64,000 nucleotides of DNA from Isurus oxyrinchus (lineage: Eukaryota): NCBI GenBank assembly GCA_026770705.1, contig JANJGN010000036.1, positions 3,596,001-3,660,000 of the forward strand, in the 5' to 3' direction. Position 1 is the stretch's first letter. Every line of letters begins with the position of its first letter. Made by a program: the position numbers and the translations under genes. Below, in pieces: positions 36,061 to 48,489 of this stretch. The notes under the pieces were generated by a model. It worked only from the letters and a program-made list of their open reading frames with translations, was not told where the DNA came from and did not search any database.

Positions 36061-39000
36061 TAAGAACTTTGCTTTATTTCAGGGTGATGAAATATTCAAA
36101 ATCTATTTTCTTTTTCGTGTGAACTCAAATATTGAGGTTTTCCAAATTTCACTTGTTTAATCAATTCCACGAACGTTTTTTTTAAATGAAAGGGTTTTCT
36201 TTGCAGATGCTCCGCTCCCTACCACCCGCAGTTTGCCGCTTACCGGCAGTGTGTCGGCGGCGGCGCTACTCCTTCTGGGGATGATCCTTGTGGCCGCGGG
36301 AAGGAGCTGCAGGAACCGGCAGACAGGTGGCGATTGATGGGAGACGCTGTAAATCCGCGGCACTCTCAATCTATCCGTTTTTCGATGGGTTATTGACATT
36401 TTTAGCCGGTTCAGTGTGAAATGTAGCCTTTAAAGCTCCATTTAAAGTTTACTTTCCAAGAGGCGACGTGAACATTGATGAGAAACTGACAGTTTCCAGA
36501 GGACACGAACAGAATAAAGACTTTCAAAAATGGAAATGTTGCTACCACCAGTGGATACTCCTCACTGATTTTTTATCTAAGGCTTAACATTCGTAATTAT
36601 TGTTATTTGAGTCTAGAAAACTTTGAGTAGCGAGCACTGCAAGATAATACAAACTGGACATCAGTTCCTCGAGTGCAGATGAGGTCGTGATGTAATCGAG
36701 GAGGTTAACGTGATTAAAAGATAAGATCGGGTCGATAGAGAGAAACTGCCTCCTCAGGCAGCAGGGGTAGTGAGGGGGTGGGGGGGGGGGGGGGGTGTGG
36801 GGGGGTGCGTGTGTGTCTGGGAGGGGCGTTGGGCCGTCGAGAACAAGGCGACAGAACCGTAAACTTGAAGCCACAATGTTCAATTGATTTGGCAGGAGGG
36901 ACTGAATGGCCTCCTACTATCCCTATGATAATGGTGTTTGTTATATTAATAGATTCGGTTTACATTTTTTCTCCACAGTCACTTTTTGCCCGTTTGGCCT
37001 TTAAGGAGTATACCAAATCTGATTGGAGAGGAAAGAAGGAGATCGATCACAGTCTGCTTCCCGAATATGACGTGTTGTAGAAACTTTCCTCTGTTGGGCA
37101 GGAAATTCCTAAAGCCCAACCGGTACAAATTCAGGCCATTTTTGTGATGTCGCCCAAAGTAGGAACTGAATAATCTCTCAATGTCCCCTATTCTAACGTT
37201 GAAATATCCCCTGCAGTTCCACACCGGCCTCTCCTGTTATCTGGTACTGGTGTTTATAATTGCATTCTGCATCGTTATGCAGTATGTGAGCAAGATATTA
37301 TTCAAATAGGTTTTACAATGCATCTGTGCTCAATTTACCTATTTAGTAAAATAGATTTTAAAACCAATGTTAGCTCTGTGATTTCAGTTTTCTTTATCAT
37401 TCAGACCAGATGCACCCAGGGTATTTCTGAGGACAATTTGCAAATACATTTATAGAGCGAATGTAAGCAGGATAGAAGTAGGGTTATGGACCGACAGATA
37501 CTGATGGGGAGTTATGGTGCATTGATATGAAAACTGCAGTGTTAGTGGACCCTGAGCCTTCACTGGTTGTGTCCTGGGAGTGAACAATGTTACATTTACT
37601 CTTGAAAGAAGATCAAATCATCCGCTCTTTTGAGAATACATTTGGGTGGGTTTTGCTGACTAAAATCACAGTTGCGAAGACACTGAAAGCACAGCAGGAG
37701 GACATTCATTCCGTCACGCCTGTGCCAGCTCTTTGGATGTTCACTTTAGCCCCACACACCAGATGTCTCCCCATGACCCTAAGAATTATTCCTCTTGTAG
37801 TACCCATCCCAGTAAACGTTAGCATCCATCCTGCTTACAGCACCACCCAGCGGCTGTGACTGAAAGAGGTTTTCTGGCGATATTAATAATTCGCAAACAT
37901 GGACTCAATTCAATCCTCACATTGGAAGGTCTTGCAAACACGTGAGTAAATGCTGGTTCACTGAGATGATGCGATTTACTTCCATCACATCTTTAACCTC
38001 ATAAATATTAAATGATGGACTGGAAGCCCATGGTGTGCTTATTACTGAATATTTTTGTTGTTGATTGAACTTTGATCTGCAGAACGTCTTGTGATTCCAG
38101 TTCCTCGCGGGTAGTAACATCCCCAAATTAACACCAGCGCATTTTACAGTAAAGATTCATTCTGCACAGATATTTCGAGAGTATTTATAGATAGTTATTA
38201 AAAGTCGCAGCTAGAAAGGCTCATCTGCTAAACAAAGCTCATCTGTCTGTAAAGATTCTGTCCTCCTCAACCTGCAGGAAAACAACTGTTTCCTTAGAAA
38301 AAAGGCATGGATTCCAGCGAGCACTTCACTATTCTCCCTATCCAGAGAACCATTCGTCGTGTTGATCACCCTGTGTATCATAGACCTCAGATATCCATTC
38401 TCTTAATATCTTGACTGATTAATCCGACAGGCAGGTTGGAGCCATTAAGTCCCTTTGGTGGGATGGGGCAATCGACATGATCATGGGTGATGTTAGGAAA
38501 TATAGATAGGTTATGTAAGTTATATGTTTATTTGGGTTTAATATGTATAAAATACATCTTTAATATCAGGCATATTTTACATATATTTTTCTATTTGAGT
38601 GTTAAAGTGTAAAACTTGGGATATAGTTTCAGTTTTGTATAGAGGCAGAGATCTAAAGCACTGTTTGCATATTTGCATTTACAATTGGTGTTATGACTCT
38701 TGAAAAGAAGTTAAATCAAACACAAGGGCAGAAAAAGTGTTGTTGGTGCCTAGCAACAAGAGACCAGAGAGGGAGGGCACACACACATACACGAAAAAAA
38801 ACACACACACAAACACAAGCACACACACGCACACACACAACAGAGAGAGAGTGAGATAGAGGGAGAGACAGAGAAGGGTTTGGGTGTGGGGTTGGGGTGG
38901 GGGTGAGAAAGCAACAGTTTGAGTTCACTTGTGAGGAGCTGCCAGAGAGCGGCTAGGCAACAGAGGGACAAATAGCAAGTCCCGAAGCGAAGTTGAAGCC

Positions 39001-39970
39001 AAGACTCCAGAGAAGCAGTCTACTGGGAGAAGGAGCTGAAGGGAGCCGATTTTGCAAAAAATCCGACAGGTCCCAAGGCCAAGGAGCGAGACAGGAACAG
39101 GAGAAAGTCCCAAGGTGGCTTTCTAGCCAAATGACGGACAGTAACGCGGAAAAGATCCTGCTTTGTGAAGTTACCAGTGAGGGGCAGAGGAAGGCTCCAA
39201 ACTTTAAGCTTATAGAGAGGAATATGCAGGAAGCATATTTACTTCGAGATATGCTTGAGACAATGCAGAATGTCTAAGGAGACAGCTAATGGTCTGAAAC
39301 TCTTTACTATGGGCATTTGAATAGTATTGCGCTGTTGATGGTTGAGTCAGTGAAATAGAGTTCATGGTGGAAACTTTCAGTGCACGTCGTGATCCTGTGG
39401 AGAGAAACGTTGGTAGGAGAGTCGAAGCCCAGGAGGTAGACACTTGCGGAAGGTGTCAAGGAGAAAGCATTGATTTGGATGAAGGTCCCAAAGCGAGTTC
39501 CTGGAGAGTGGAGATTGGAAAGCATCTTCTGAAAGAAGGAGATCAGTGAAACTGGTTGCCTCACGGTGTGAGAAGCGTCATATCGGGCAGGGGCTTGGGA
39601 GTGTGGCGGTGGGGTTTGAAGAGAGGCCCATGGCATCTGTTTGGGTGTGGTGCACGTGGTGGGTCGAGTTGATTGGATATTTCCTATAGTCTCAATTTAC
39701 CATGCAAATCTACCTGGGGAGTTACAGGAAGGAAGCTCTGTTCAGGCTGTACCTAAACTTAAGCCCCTCACGTGTAAAAAAGGGCAGCTGCCTTTGAGGG
39801 AGAAACACCGTCAAACACTCAGTCTGCTGCCACCGGAGAAAGTGGTTGAAGGACTGAATGACCCAATTCACATACAAGCTTGAGAATTTTTAAAGTGAAG
39901 CATTAATATGCCCAGATGATAGTTGACAGGAAAGAGTTAATGATTCCTTCAGAGACCCAGTTAAACTGTT
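36000..39970 (+). repeat. Segmental duplication, paralog of about 51800-55950
   Basis: Continuous co-linear similarity through the exons, 3' UTR and downstream repeats. Confidence 0.85.
36207..37080 (+). pseudogene. Gene A3: orphan 3' half of a type-A gene (TM and cytoplasmic exons only)
   Basis: TM 36207-36326 (DAPLPTTRSLPLTGSVSAAALLLLGMILVAAGRSCRNRQT); cytoplasmic exon from 36463 lacks its donor; terminal exon from 36979 reads SLFARLAFKE then frameshifts. No V or C exon found upstream. Confidence 0.82.
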
Positions 39971-40039
39971 TTGACATTTACACCGAAGCACTTTATTGGT
40001 CGATTTATGGCTTCAGGCAATATTTTTAAAAAATATTCC

Positions 40040-40750
40040 TAGGATGTGTACTTCGCTGGCTGGGCCAGCATTTATTGCCTATCCCTAATTGCCCTTGAGA
40101 ATATGGTGGTGAGCTGTCTTCTTGAACGGCTGCAGTCTATCTGGTGTAGGTACACCCACAGTGCTGTCAGGGAGGGTGTTCCAGGATTTCGACCTAGCGA
40201 CAGTGAAGGAATGTCGATACATTCCCAAGTCACAATGGTGAATGTCTTCGGGAACTTCCAGGTGATGCTGTTCCCATATAACTGCTACCCTTTTCCTTCT
40301 AGGTGGTAGACGTCATGGGTTTGAAAGGTGCTGTCTAAGGAGCCTTGGTGAATTCCTGCAGTGCATCTTGTAGAAGGTACACAATGTGCTACCGTGCTTT
40401 GGTGTTGGAGGGAGTGAATGTTTGTTCATGGGGTGCCAATCAAGTGGACTGCTTTGTCGTGGATGGTGTCCAGCTTCTTCAGTAGAAGCCGCACACATCC
40501 AGGCAAGTGGGGAGTACTTGAAGCAGGAAAAATGTACATGCCTAGATGTTGTGTAACTTGCAGATCATGGTGCCCTCTTCTGTCCCTCTTCTTTGAGGTG
40601 GCAGAGTTTCCTTGTTTGGAATGTGCTGCGGAAGGGGCCATGAGGAGTAGCTGCTGTTCACCTCGTGGATGCTTCACGCTGCAGCCACTGTGCGTCGGTG
40701 GTGGAGCGGGTCACAATTTGAGGTTATGGATAAAGTATTGCTCAAGCAGA
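40040..40750. mobile_element. Degenerate LINE-derived interspersed repeat
   Basis: ggctgggccagcatttattgcctatccctaattgcccttgagaa...; related pieces at about 33550-33800 and 46340-46640. Confidence 0.55.
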
Positions 40751-42034
40751 CTGGACCAGTGACAGCGTAGTTATCAAGACAACATCTTGGAGAAAGATTG
40801 AAATGTGCAACATAGACATAACTGACCACGAGAAATCAGACGCAGATTACCTGTCTGACAGGTGATTAAATAAATAGAGCTTATTTTACACTCCTTCTCA
40901 ATGTTTAAATGAACCCTTTGCTCCTGCAGAGACCTGATTAAAACGTCTGAATCGCTCGACCACTAACCTCCCATTAACTGGGTACCTTATAAAGTGGGAA
41001 AATAGGCAATTTAATCTCCCGCCTAGGCTGAGTTAACTCACCTCAGTGGAGGCCATAGAATCCACCCAGATTTTAATGGCATTTAAATACCTAAGTGTGC
41101 CACGTACTGTTTTGAAAGAGATTGAACAGAATTGCAATATATCACCAAGTGATACAGCCACGTTATGTACCTCATCATGTCGTATGAATAATTTGTTTTT
41201 GGAAAACTGAAGTATTACACAGTCTGCAGCGGTTTGCTCTCCTATGGGCCGGTATTTGGCATTTATCCCCGTGTGCATCCCTGGCAAATGCAAGGAGAGC
41301 ACAGAGTCCTATGTCATGGTTGAAGCCCGATATTTTTCTCCAGAAGGACCGCTGCGTCTCTTTCTAGATTTGCTTGGCAAAGATACATTGAACCAATTAA
41401 TCTGCCCTCTTCTCCATTTAATCACCGGCTGATCATTTATCTACATTTCCTCCCCTCCCCGCTCTTTGTTTGAAACTTATAAAGTGAGTAAATGTTTCGA
41501 GCTCTGGTCTGAAGCATTAAGTCAGTGATGCTCATAGAAAGACGAAGGGTTATTCAGGTCTTCAGAAGACAAAGACTTATCTTGTAAATGTCAACTCTAT
41601 TTGTAAATGTGGTGAGCAACATACAATATTGGAAGAAAGTAAGGTGGTTTGCATCCTATGTAACGTCAGAAATTAAGGGTCGCGTAAGAACGTTTATAAA
41701 TTTTCATGAATAATGTGTAATTCAGTAGAAAGAACGACTTTTTTCAAACTCCCTCACCCCCTTGCAATGCCTCATGCCTCCCGCCCGAACAAGATTTGAA
41801 AATCATTTGAAGTTTTGCAGATGGATTTGCAAGGTTTTATTTATCGGTTCTGATTTCAGTGAAATGTTGCTCACTTACATATCTCCACTTTGCAGATTAC
41901 ACTAGGTGTAGTCCGGTTGAAATGAGTTGCGAGGGGACAGTTGACTGTTTGTCCGTCAACTGGCTGCTGAAATTTGGAAATTGCACCGCAAATGCAGTGG
42001 ATTATTTGGCAAATTCTGTCTCCTCCACAATTCA

Positions 42035-44649
42035 TCAGAGTAAATCCATCCCGGGTTCCCATCTGCGACCCGCCTTCTTTTTCAATCTCTTTTCCAATAC
42101 AGCAAACTCCAGGGAGGCAAAGGGAGGCCCTCCCCGAGACTGGGAAATATTAGCATTAAAAGCAAGTAAAAGACAGGTCAGGTAATCTCTCCAACATTTA
42201 GCAAAGTCTTTCCTGACTTTTCTCTGCTTTCGGTTAAACAATGCTCAGCTCTATCTCCACGCTGAACTTGTGGCTGCTTTGATGTTCTTGCCATTTAACG
42301 TTGATGCTATCCACCCCCTTGGTGAATCCCTGATGGTTTCCCCTCTGCCCGTGCAGTAGCTGCAGTCCGCCCGCAGAGGGAGGGTTTGTATCACTTTAAT
42401 AAAATGATAGAGAAAAACGTTTACGGATATGAGGATTTGGCCCTTTTTAATTCATTCATTCACACAGAGACAAAAGAACACAATTGCAACCAGCCCTGCT
42501 GCTTCTGACATGACGTTAGGCTTTTCACCCCCAATGCCAAATCAGATCCAGAACTGATATTTTATTTTTCTCCTTGGAATTATTTTTCTCTTTAGGTATT
42601 TACCTCAATTCCATTTAAAAGTTTATATTGACAACGGAAGCTGAGCCAAGAACTCAAACATCGACGAGCGTACACACATGCCGAGCGACACACATGTGCA
42701 CACAAATATACACGCACACACACGGAACGACACACGCGCGCACATAAAAACACACACACACACAAACAAACAAACTTGATTCGAACAAAAATACAAAACA
42801 AGTGTTAGATCTTGTAAATCCTGGCTGATGTGCCAGAAAAAAAATAATGCAGATAATTGTCGAGCGGCCTTAGTTGAAAGATCATGGAACATGTCAGCGT
42901 CCATCAGTGGAATCAGTGTTGGGGTTGAACTGGGTTAGACACAATGTTAAGCATGGAGAGGGCGCTCGGGATAAACTGTTCGAAGGGCTCAGTTACTCAT
43001 TTTTCATTGTGGGATCTCTTGTCTCGTTCTCCTGAAAGGATAATCTGTAATTCGCAATTTAAAACTGAGAGAACGGAATCACATTGGACAATCAATTATG
43101 AAAATGTCTCTGATAAACAACGATCCTGACCTGATCTGCCGCTTTTATGTGCCCAAATGAAAATGAGATTCAAGAGTAGAACTGGGATCGCCGCCACCAT
43201 TCTGGCAACATTAAGAGTCGGAATGCAGCATCCTACAGAGAAAACACAATTAGAAACTGCTGCTCGGTCAAATCAATATTTTCTGGGATTCCCTCATGGG
43301 ATACGTGACCCAGTTTAAAGTTGGTACCTCAAACAGCCAGTGCGACAGATCATGGCGGGTGGATGCACAGAATGAAATATATGAATCAATGTTTTTGAGT
43401 TGAGATCAATTGGCGGACAGGACTGTCAGGATTGGTCCAAGGTTGTAACGTATCAGGATGAAAAGATCTTACCAATGTCGACCTGGAAACTGAACTGGAG
43501 AATCATAGAATAAACCAACACGGAAGCAGGCAGTTCCACCCATCATCTCTTTGTGTTAAATAAATCCACACATTTTTACCTTTGGTTCTCTGTCAGTGAA
43601 AAGAGTTTCTCCTTATTCACTTTATCAAAACCATTCATGGTTTTGAGCATCTGTGCAAACATTTCCCGTTAAGCATCCCTCCTGTAAGGAAAACAATCCC
43701 AGCTTCTCCTGTCTCTCCACAGTAACGGTCGCATCCTGGGAAATGTTCAAAGTACCCTCTCCTAGGCCGCGTAATCTTTCCTTAAGTATGGTGTACAGAA
43801 TTGGGCACAACACTCCAGCTGGGCTCTGACCAGCCTTTATAAAGTGTTAGTTTCCCTCCTATTTGATTCCTCCATTATTTAATCCGAGGTCACCCAATGT
43901 CTGTCAGCGACAATCACAACTTATCCTGCCACCTTCAGAGATTAATATACATGCGCTACCTGCCTATGAGAGTTCAAACCGATCAGTTCCAAATAACCCA
44001 ATTTCAATGACGGTTGATAACCCGAGGTTAGTGTTAAATCCGACTTGCTGATATCACCAACTGATATTAAAATTAAACTGCATTTTTCCAGGTAAATGCA
44101 GATTGATAAAGTACATTCCAGGAAATGAAGACGGAGACAGGGGGAATTAAGCGTGAGCCACGTCCCTGTGGATGCATCGCTTTTCCCCATCTCTTCACTG
44201 CTTTATGCTCATAAACGCATTCAGTGCGGAACAAATCTCAACCCTGTTCCTCATTCACTGCCTGAAATGACGGGGAATCTGATTAAATTATAAATTTCAC
44301 CAGGGATTTCGGATCATTTAAGCGGATATTATGAAGGGGGAAGTGTTACATGTTATTGGGAAAGAGTGCAATTAATTGACTATCCACTTTCTGTGTTGTA
44401 TCACTCTGTAATTTTAACATGTCTCATAGTAACATAAGGCGAGTCCAGAAAGTCTCCATCTCGGACAGAGGGAAACGTTAAGTTATGCCAAGACATTGAC
44501 TGCACTATTTACTTACATTATAGACAGACACAAACGCATGCATACATATGTATATAATATATATGTATATACACAAACATACACACATAAAGACACATAT
44601 ATACACATACTCATACACACACATATTTCCAGACAGGCATACACTCCTG

Positions 44650-44681
<32 letters not shown>

Positions 44682-46000
44682 CCATGGTTTTCTGTGGATG
44701 TCCTGGACATGATTAATTCGGGTATTAGAAACTACCGAATAACTCCAACTGATTCTTTGAATAAAAGCCTCCATTGAACAGATCACTAGCTCACCTGACC
44801 CTGCGTCTGCTGCTTTGGACAACGTGCTCTTGGTCCAATATTTGTCTGGAGACCCCAGTTGAACAATATAATTGCACACAACGTCTCTATTCCAGGATTC
44901 CCTCGACACCATGACGTGGCTTCTGATCCTGTAGGTCCCGCCCGCCTCACTTGTACCGGGATCGCTCGGTCTCTCGGTGACCAGGCCGGAAATATTCCAG
45001 AAAATAGCAGTCTGGTTGTGAAAAACCACTGACCAAACACACTAAGGGGACGGTTTCCCTCAAAGGCAGGTCACCCGGCGATGCAAACACCAGCAAAACT
45101 GTCTTGTTGGTGGGACTGTCCGGACAGAGTTTGCGAGACAGTTAACGTTAATTTGCACTATATGTTAATGTTGTGTATGACCTGAATTCAATTCAATTAA
45201 ACTCTAACCTCCAACCAGTAGTGCCGATCCTTTTCGGGGAAGTGCATAGCCATCCTTCTCAGCAAAGAGATACTTCAATTTTGTCGAGGTCGCAGGTTTA
45301 GAAGGTAAACGCCTGGATTTCGGAAAGTAGCATCATTGTACTCCACCTCATTTATTCTGTGAAGTGGTTGTACAAGACTTTTGATAAAATCTGGTCCACG
45401 CATTCAACTGGAGATTGAGAATTTGCTGAAAGAATTCATATTCGCTGTTTCCTGTTTTTGTAAATAAACATACAATCGGCCCACTGAGAAAGAGAGATAT
45501 CGACAAGATTCGAGTCTTCACACACACACGCTGTTTGTACAAGAAATAGCTCGACACCAATTACACTTTGTAAATTTAGTGACAGGTTAATACCACCGTA
45601 GCTGCGACTTCAGCTGTCATTATGAAGTGACCCTGAAACAGAAAGGCCTCGGATTCTTCAACTAGAAATATTATTGTTTCATTACCACAAGTTATTGAGA
45701 GATAGGACGCAACCGCTTTGAAACACATCGCGTTAATTCAAGAAGAGTCACATCATTATTTTCAATTAGAAATGGCTAGATTAATTCTGGAATTTGGGTT
45801 TTTTTTTCACTTTATGGGAGGAACCAGTAAATGTTCTCACATGATCCGGGCAAATCCCTACACCTGAACACTGGGTCAAAATTTCAGCTTAGTTTCCACT
45901 GTTTCTGCTGATTCAGTTTAAATTTTTCACCCGCCTCTTACTCACCAGAAATTCGCAGCAGTTGGAGAATGAGCATCAGAGGTAAAGATTCCTTGGACAT
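42035..46000 (-). pseudogene. Gene B2 (type B) pseudogene
   Basis: Leader 46000-45946 (MSKESLPLMLILQLLRIS); V 45661-45209 with two stops and an insertion; C 45119-44795 frameshifted; TM 43232-43131; next exon has an AT donor; terminal 42139-42035 SRGGPPFASLEFAVLEKRLKKKAGRRWEPGMDLL*. Confidence 0.88.
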
Positions 46001-47229
46001 TTTGATGCGGTGAGTTGTCCCTGTTTTCGCTCTCACCAGTTTGTTACTTCAGGTCCAGTCGCCGCAGACTGACCTGAACTCAATCTCAGTGAGTTGCTCC
46101 CCTTTCGGATGCGGTGGAAAAAATGACGAGCTATGCTATAGAACAGATGACACTTTTTACGTACGGGTCCTGATGAGTGCCACAAGCATTTAACACACTA
46201 AGGTCAGCGCCTGTGCGTCACAGCTGTCAAGGAGCCGAATGTTTATAAAGAACTTTACAATGCTGTCGTTCACGGGGGCAGTGGTGGGGGTAACAGAATA
46301 CTAATTGTATGGTGGATCGTCAATGTTGCAGTTAAAGATTGATTCATTCGCGGCATGTAAGCCTCACTGGAAAGACAAGCATGTATTAACCATCTCTAAT
46401 TGCTTTTTTAGAATATGATGGTCAGCCGCCTTTTTGAGTTACTGCATGCCACTTGGTGTAGCTTTTCCCACAGTGCAGTTAGGAAGAGAGTTTCAGTATT
46501 TTGACCCAGTGACAGTGACAGTGACACCTGCATTCCTTTCCAATCAGGGTGGCACGTGGCTTAGAGAGTGCTTGCAGGTGATGGTGATCCCATGTAACTG
46601 CTGTCCTGGTACTTCAAGGTTGTAGAATTTGCAGCTTTGGAAGGTGAACGCCTGGTATTCAGAAAGGAGTATCATTGTACTGCATATAAGTTATTCTGTG
46701 AAGAGGTTGTACAGGATTCTGGATACGCTCTGGTTAACACCGAGTCTGGGAAACATGGAATGAAATAGGCATGGATTGATTTGTATGTGAATTACTGGCA
46801 TCTTATTCTCCATAACACAGTTACGCAGAGGACTAGAGTGGAATTCAAATGGGACAAACACGTTCATTCACGACACTTATCGAGAATCTTAATGAATGAA
46901 TATCTTTCAAATTCAGTTCTACTCCTTAACAGTTCCGTGCACTGTCTCCTTTCTGTTAAGTCTCATTGACTAGAATTTCAGCTATCTTAATCTGTGATAT
47001 AAAACACCAATGGCGATATACCTGAATCCAGTTCTGAGTTTGTGGTAGAATTCTATTTGCCAACGACTTGATTGATCCCGTGAAGGGAGTTGCAAACAAT
47101 AATACATATTTCGCTTTGTGTTTTAAGCTAAGTGCGTTCACAGCAGTTCAATGGAAAATTCAGTGTGCAGTTATGACGTGCAACAAGCTGTTAAGCATCT
47201 TGATGTTACAGTTTATAGAGTTACATCGA

Positions 47230-48250
47230 ATTCACAGCACAGAAACAAGCCATTGGACCTGAATGCTCGTGGTCATCTTCATGCTCCGCACGAGCCTCCT
47301 CCCATGCGTTCTTGAACTCATTACAAGATCAAACCCTTTTCTTCCTTTCCCCCTCGAGTGTTTGTTCATGTTCTCACTTAAATGGCTCTCTGCAATAGCT
47401 TTAACCATTTCCTGTGGGAGAGGGTTCCACATTCTCCCCACTGCCTGTGTAAAAAAAGTTTCTGCTGAATTCCCGAATGGATTTATCTCCTATTAATGAC
47501 CCATAGTTACCGAGGGCCGGAGGAACGCAGGAGCGGATTAGGCCTTTGTGCCCTTCGGGCCTGCTCCACTATTCAATAAGATCTTGGCCGATCTGGTTCT
47601 AGTCTTGAACCCACTTTCCTATCTGCTGCACATAGGCCTTGACTACCTTGCCGAAAGAAATCAGTCTAACACGGTCTTGAATAAATTCAAAGACCCAACA
47701 TCCAGTACTTTCTGGGGAAGAGAACTCCACGCACCGACGATTCTTTGGGTGAAAAATAATCTCCTCATTTCTGTCTTAAAATGGAGACCTCTATCTTTGA
47801 TTCATGCCCCTAACTTTGGCCATAACAGGAATCATCCTCCGAATATCCGCCCTATCAGGGCCCCTCAGGAATTTGCATGTTTCGATAAGATCACCTTTCA
47901 TTCTTCTAACCCCCAATGGGAATTCCTGAATTCTCCAGGATTCGCGGTTAGATTTATTGATGACGTCTATTTTTGAAATCCTGCAGAAGTAGAGTCATCT
48001 TCCCCTCCTTCTGTCAAAATATACCATTTCCTCACTTTAAAGACCTCGATCAGGTTACCCCTCAAACTTCCTAATTTTTAGAAAACAGAGCTCCAGGCGG
48101 TTCATTATTTGCTGTTAGAAATAAGCTCTCAGTTCTGATATCATTCGTGTGAAACATTAACTGCACCTTTTCCAGTGCCTCTGTACTCTTTCTAGAAATT
48201 GCAGAACTGTGTTCTGTACTCCATATGTGGCCTAAATAAGGTATTGGTCT
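47230..48250 (-). mobile_element. Cluster of CR1 3' fragments between B2 and A4
   Basis: Several antisense CR1 3' ends (e.g. cagaactgtgttctgtactcca); approximate. Confidence 0.55.
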
Positions 48251-48300
48251 CTGGTGAAAAAACATTTGATGAGTGCGTGACGGCACTTCTTGGCCTGTAA

Positions 48301-48317
48301 TAAACAGGAAAACCGCA
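48301..48317 (+). promoter_or_regulatory. FOX:ETS-like composite plus RUNX-like site upstream of A4
   Basis: TAAACAGGAAAACCGCA about 190 bp before the ATG; AAACAGGAAA is conserved at 21573-21584 (-) and 57024-57035 (+). Confidence 0.45.
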
Positions 48318-48489
48318 GATAGCTGTCTACCTCGACACCATTTTCCAACCCCTTTTGTGTACCTATGAATAAACACAGAAGGCCATTCATCTGCACATTT
48401 CACATCTCCTTCACACGGAGAGATCGAGAACGAGTTCTCAGTGAGTTTCGGGTCGGGGCTCAGAGTCTGACCGCCTGAAGTTACGGAAA

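Noticed and set aside
38490-39900. Possible LTR or retroelement (paralog about 54455-55860)
   Set aside because: Repeat-like, but I could not identify diagnostic termini or protein motifs; treated only as part of the segmental duplication
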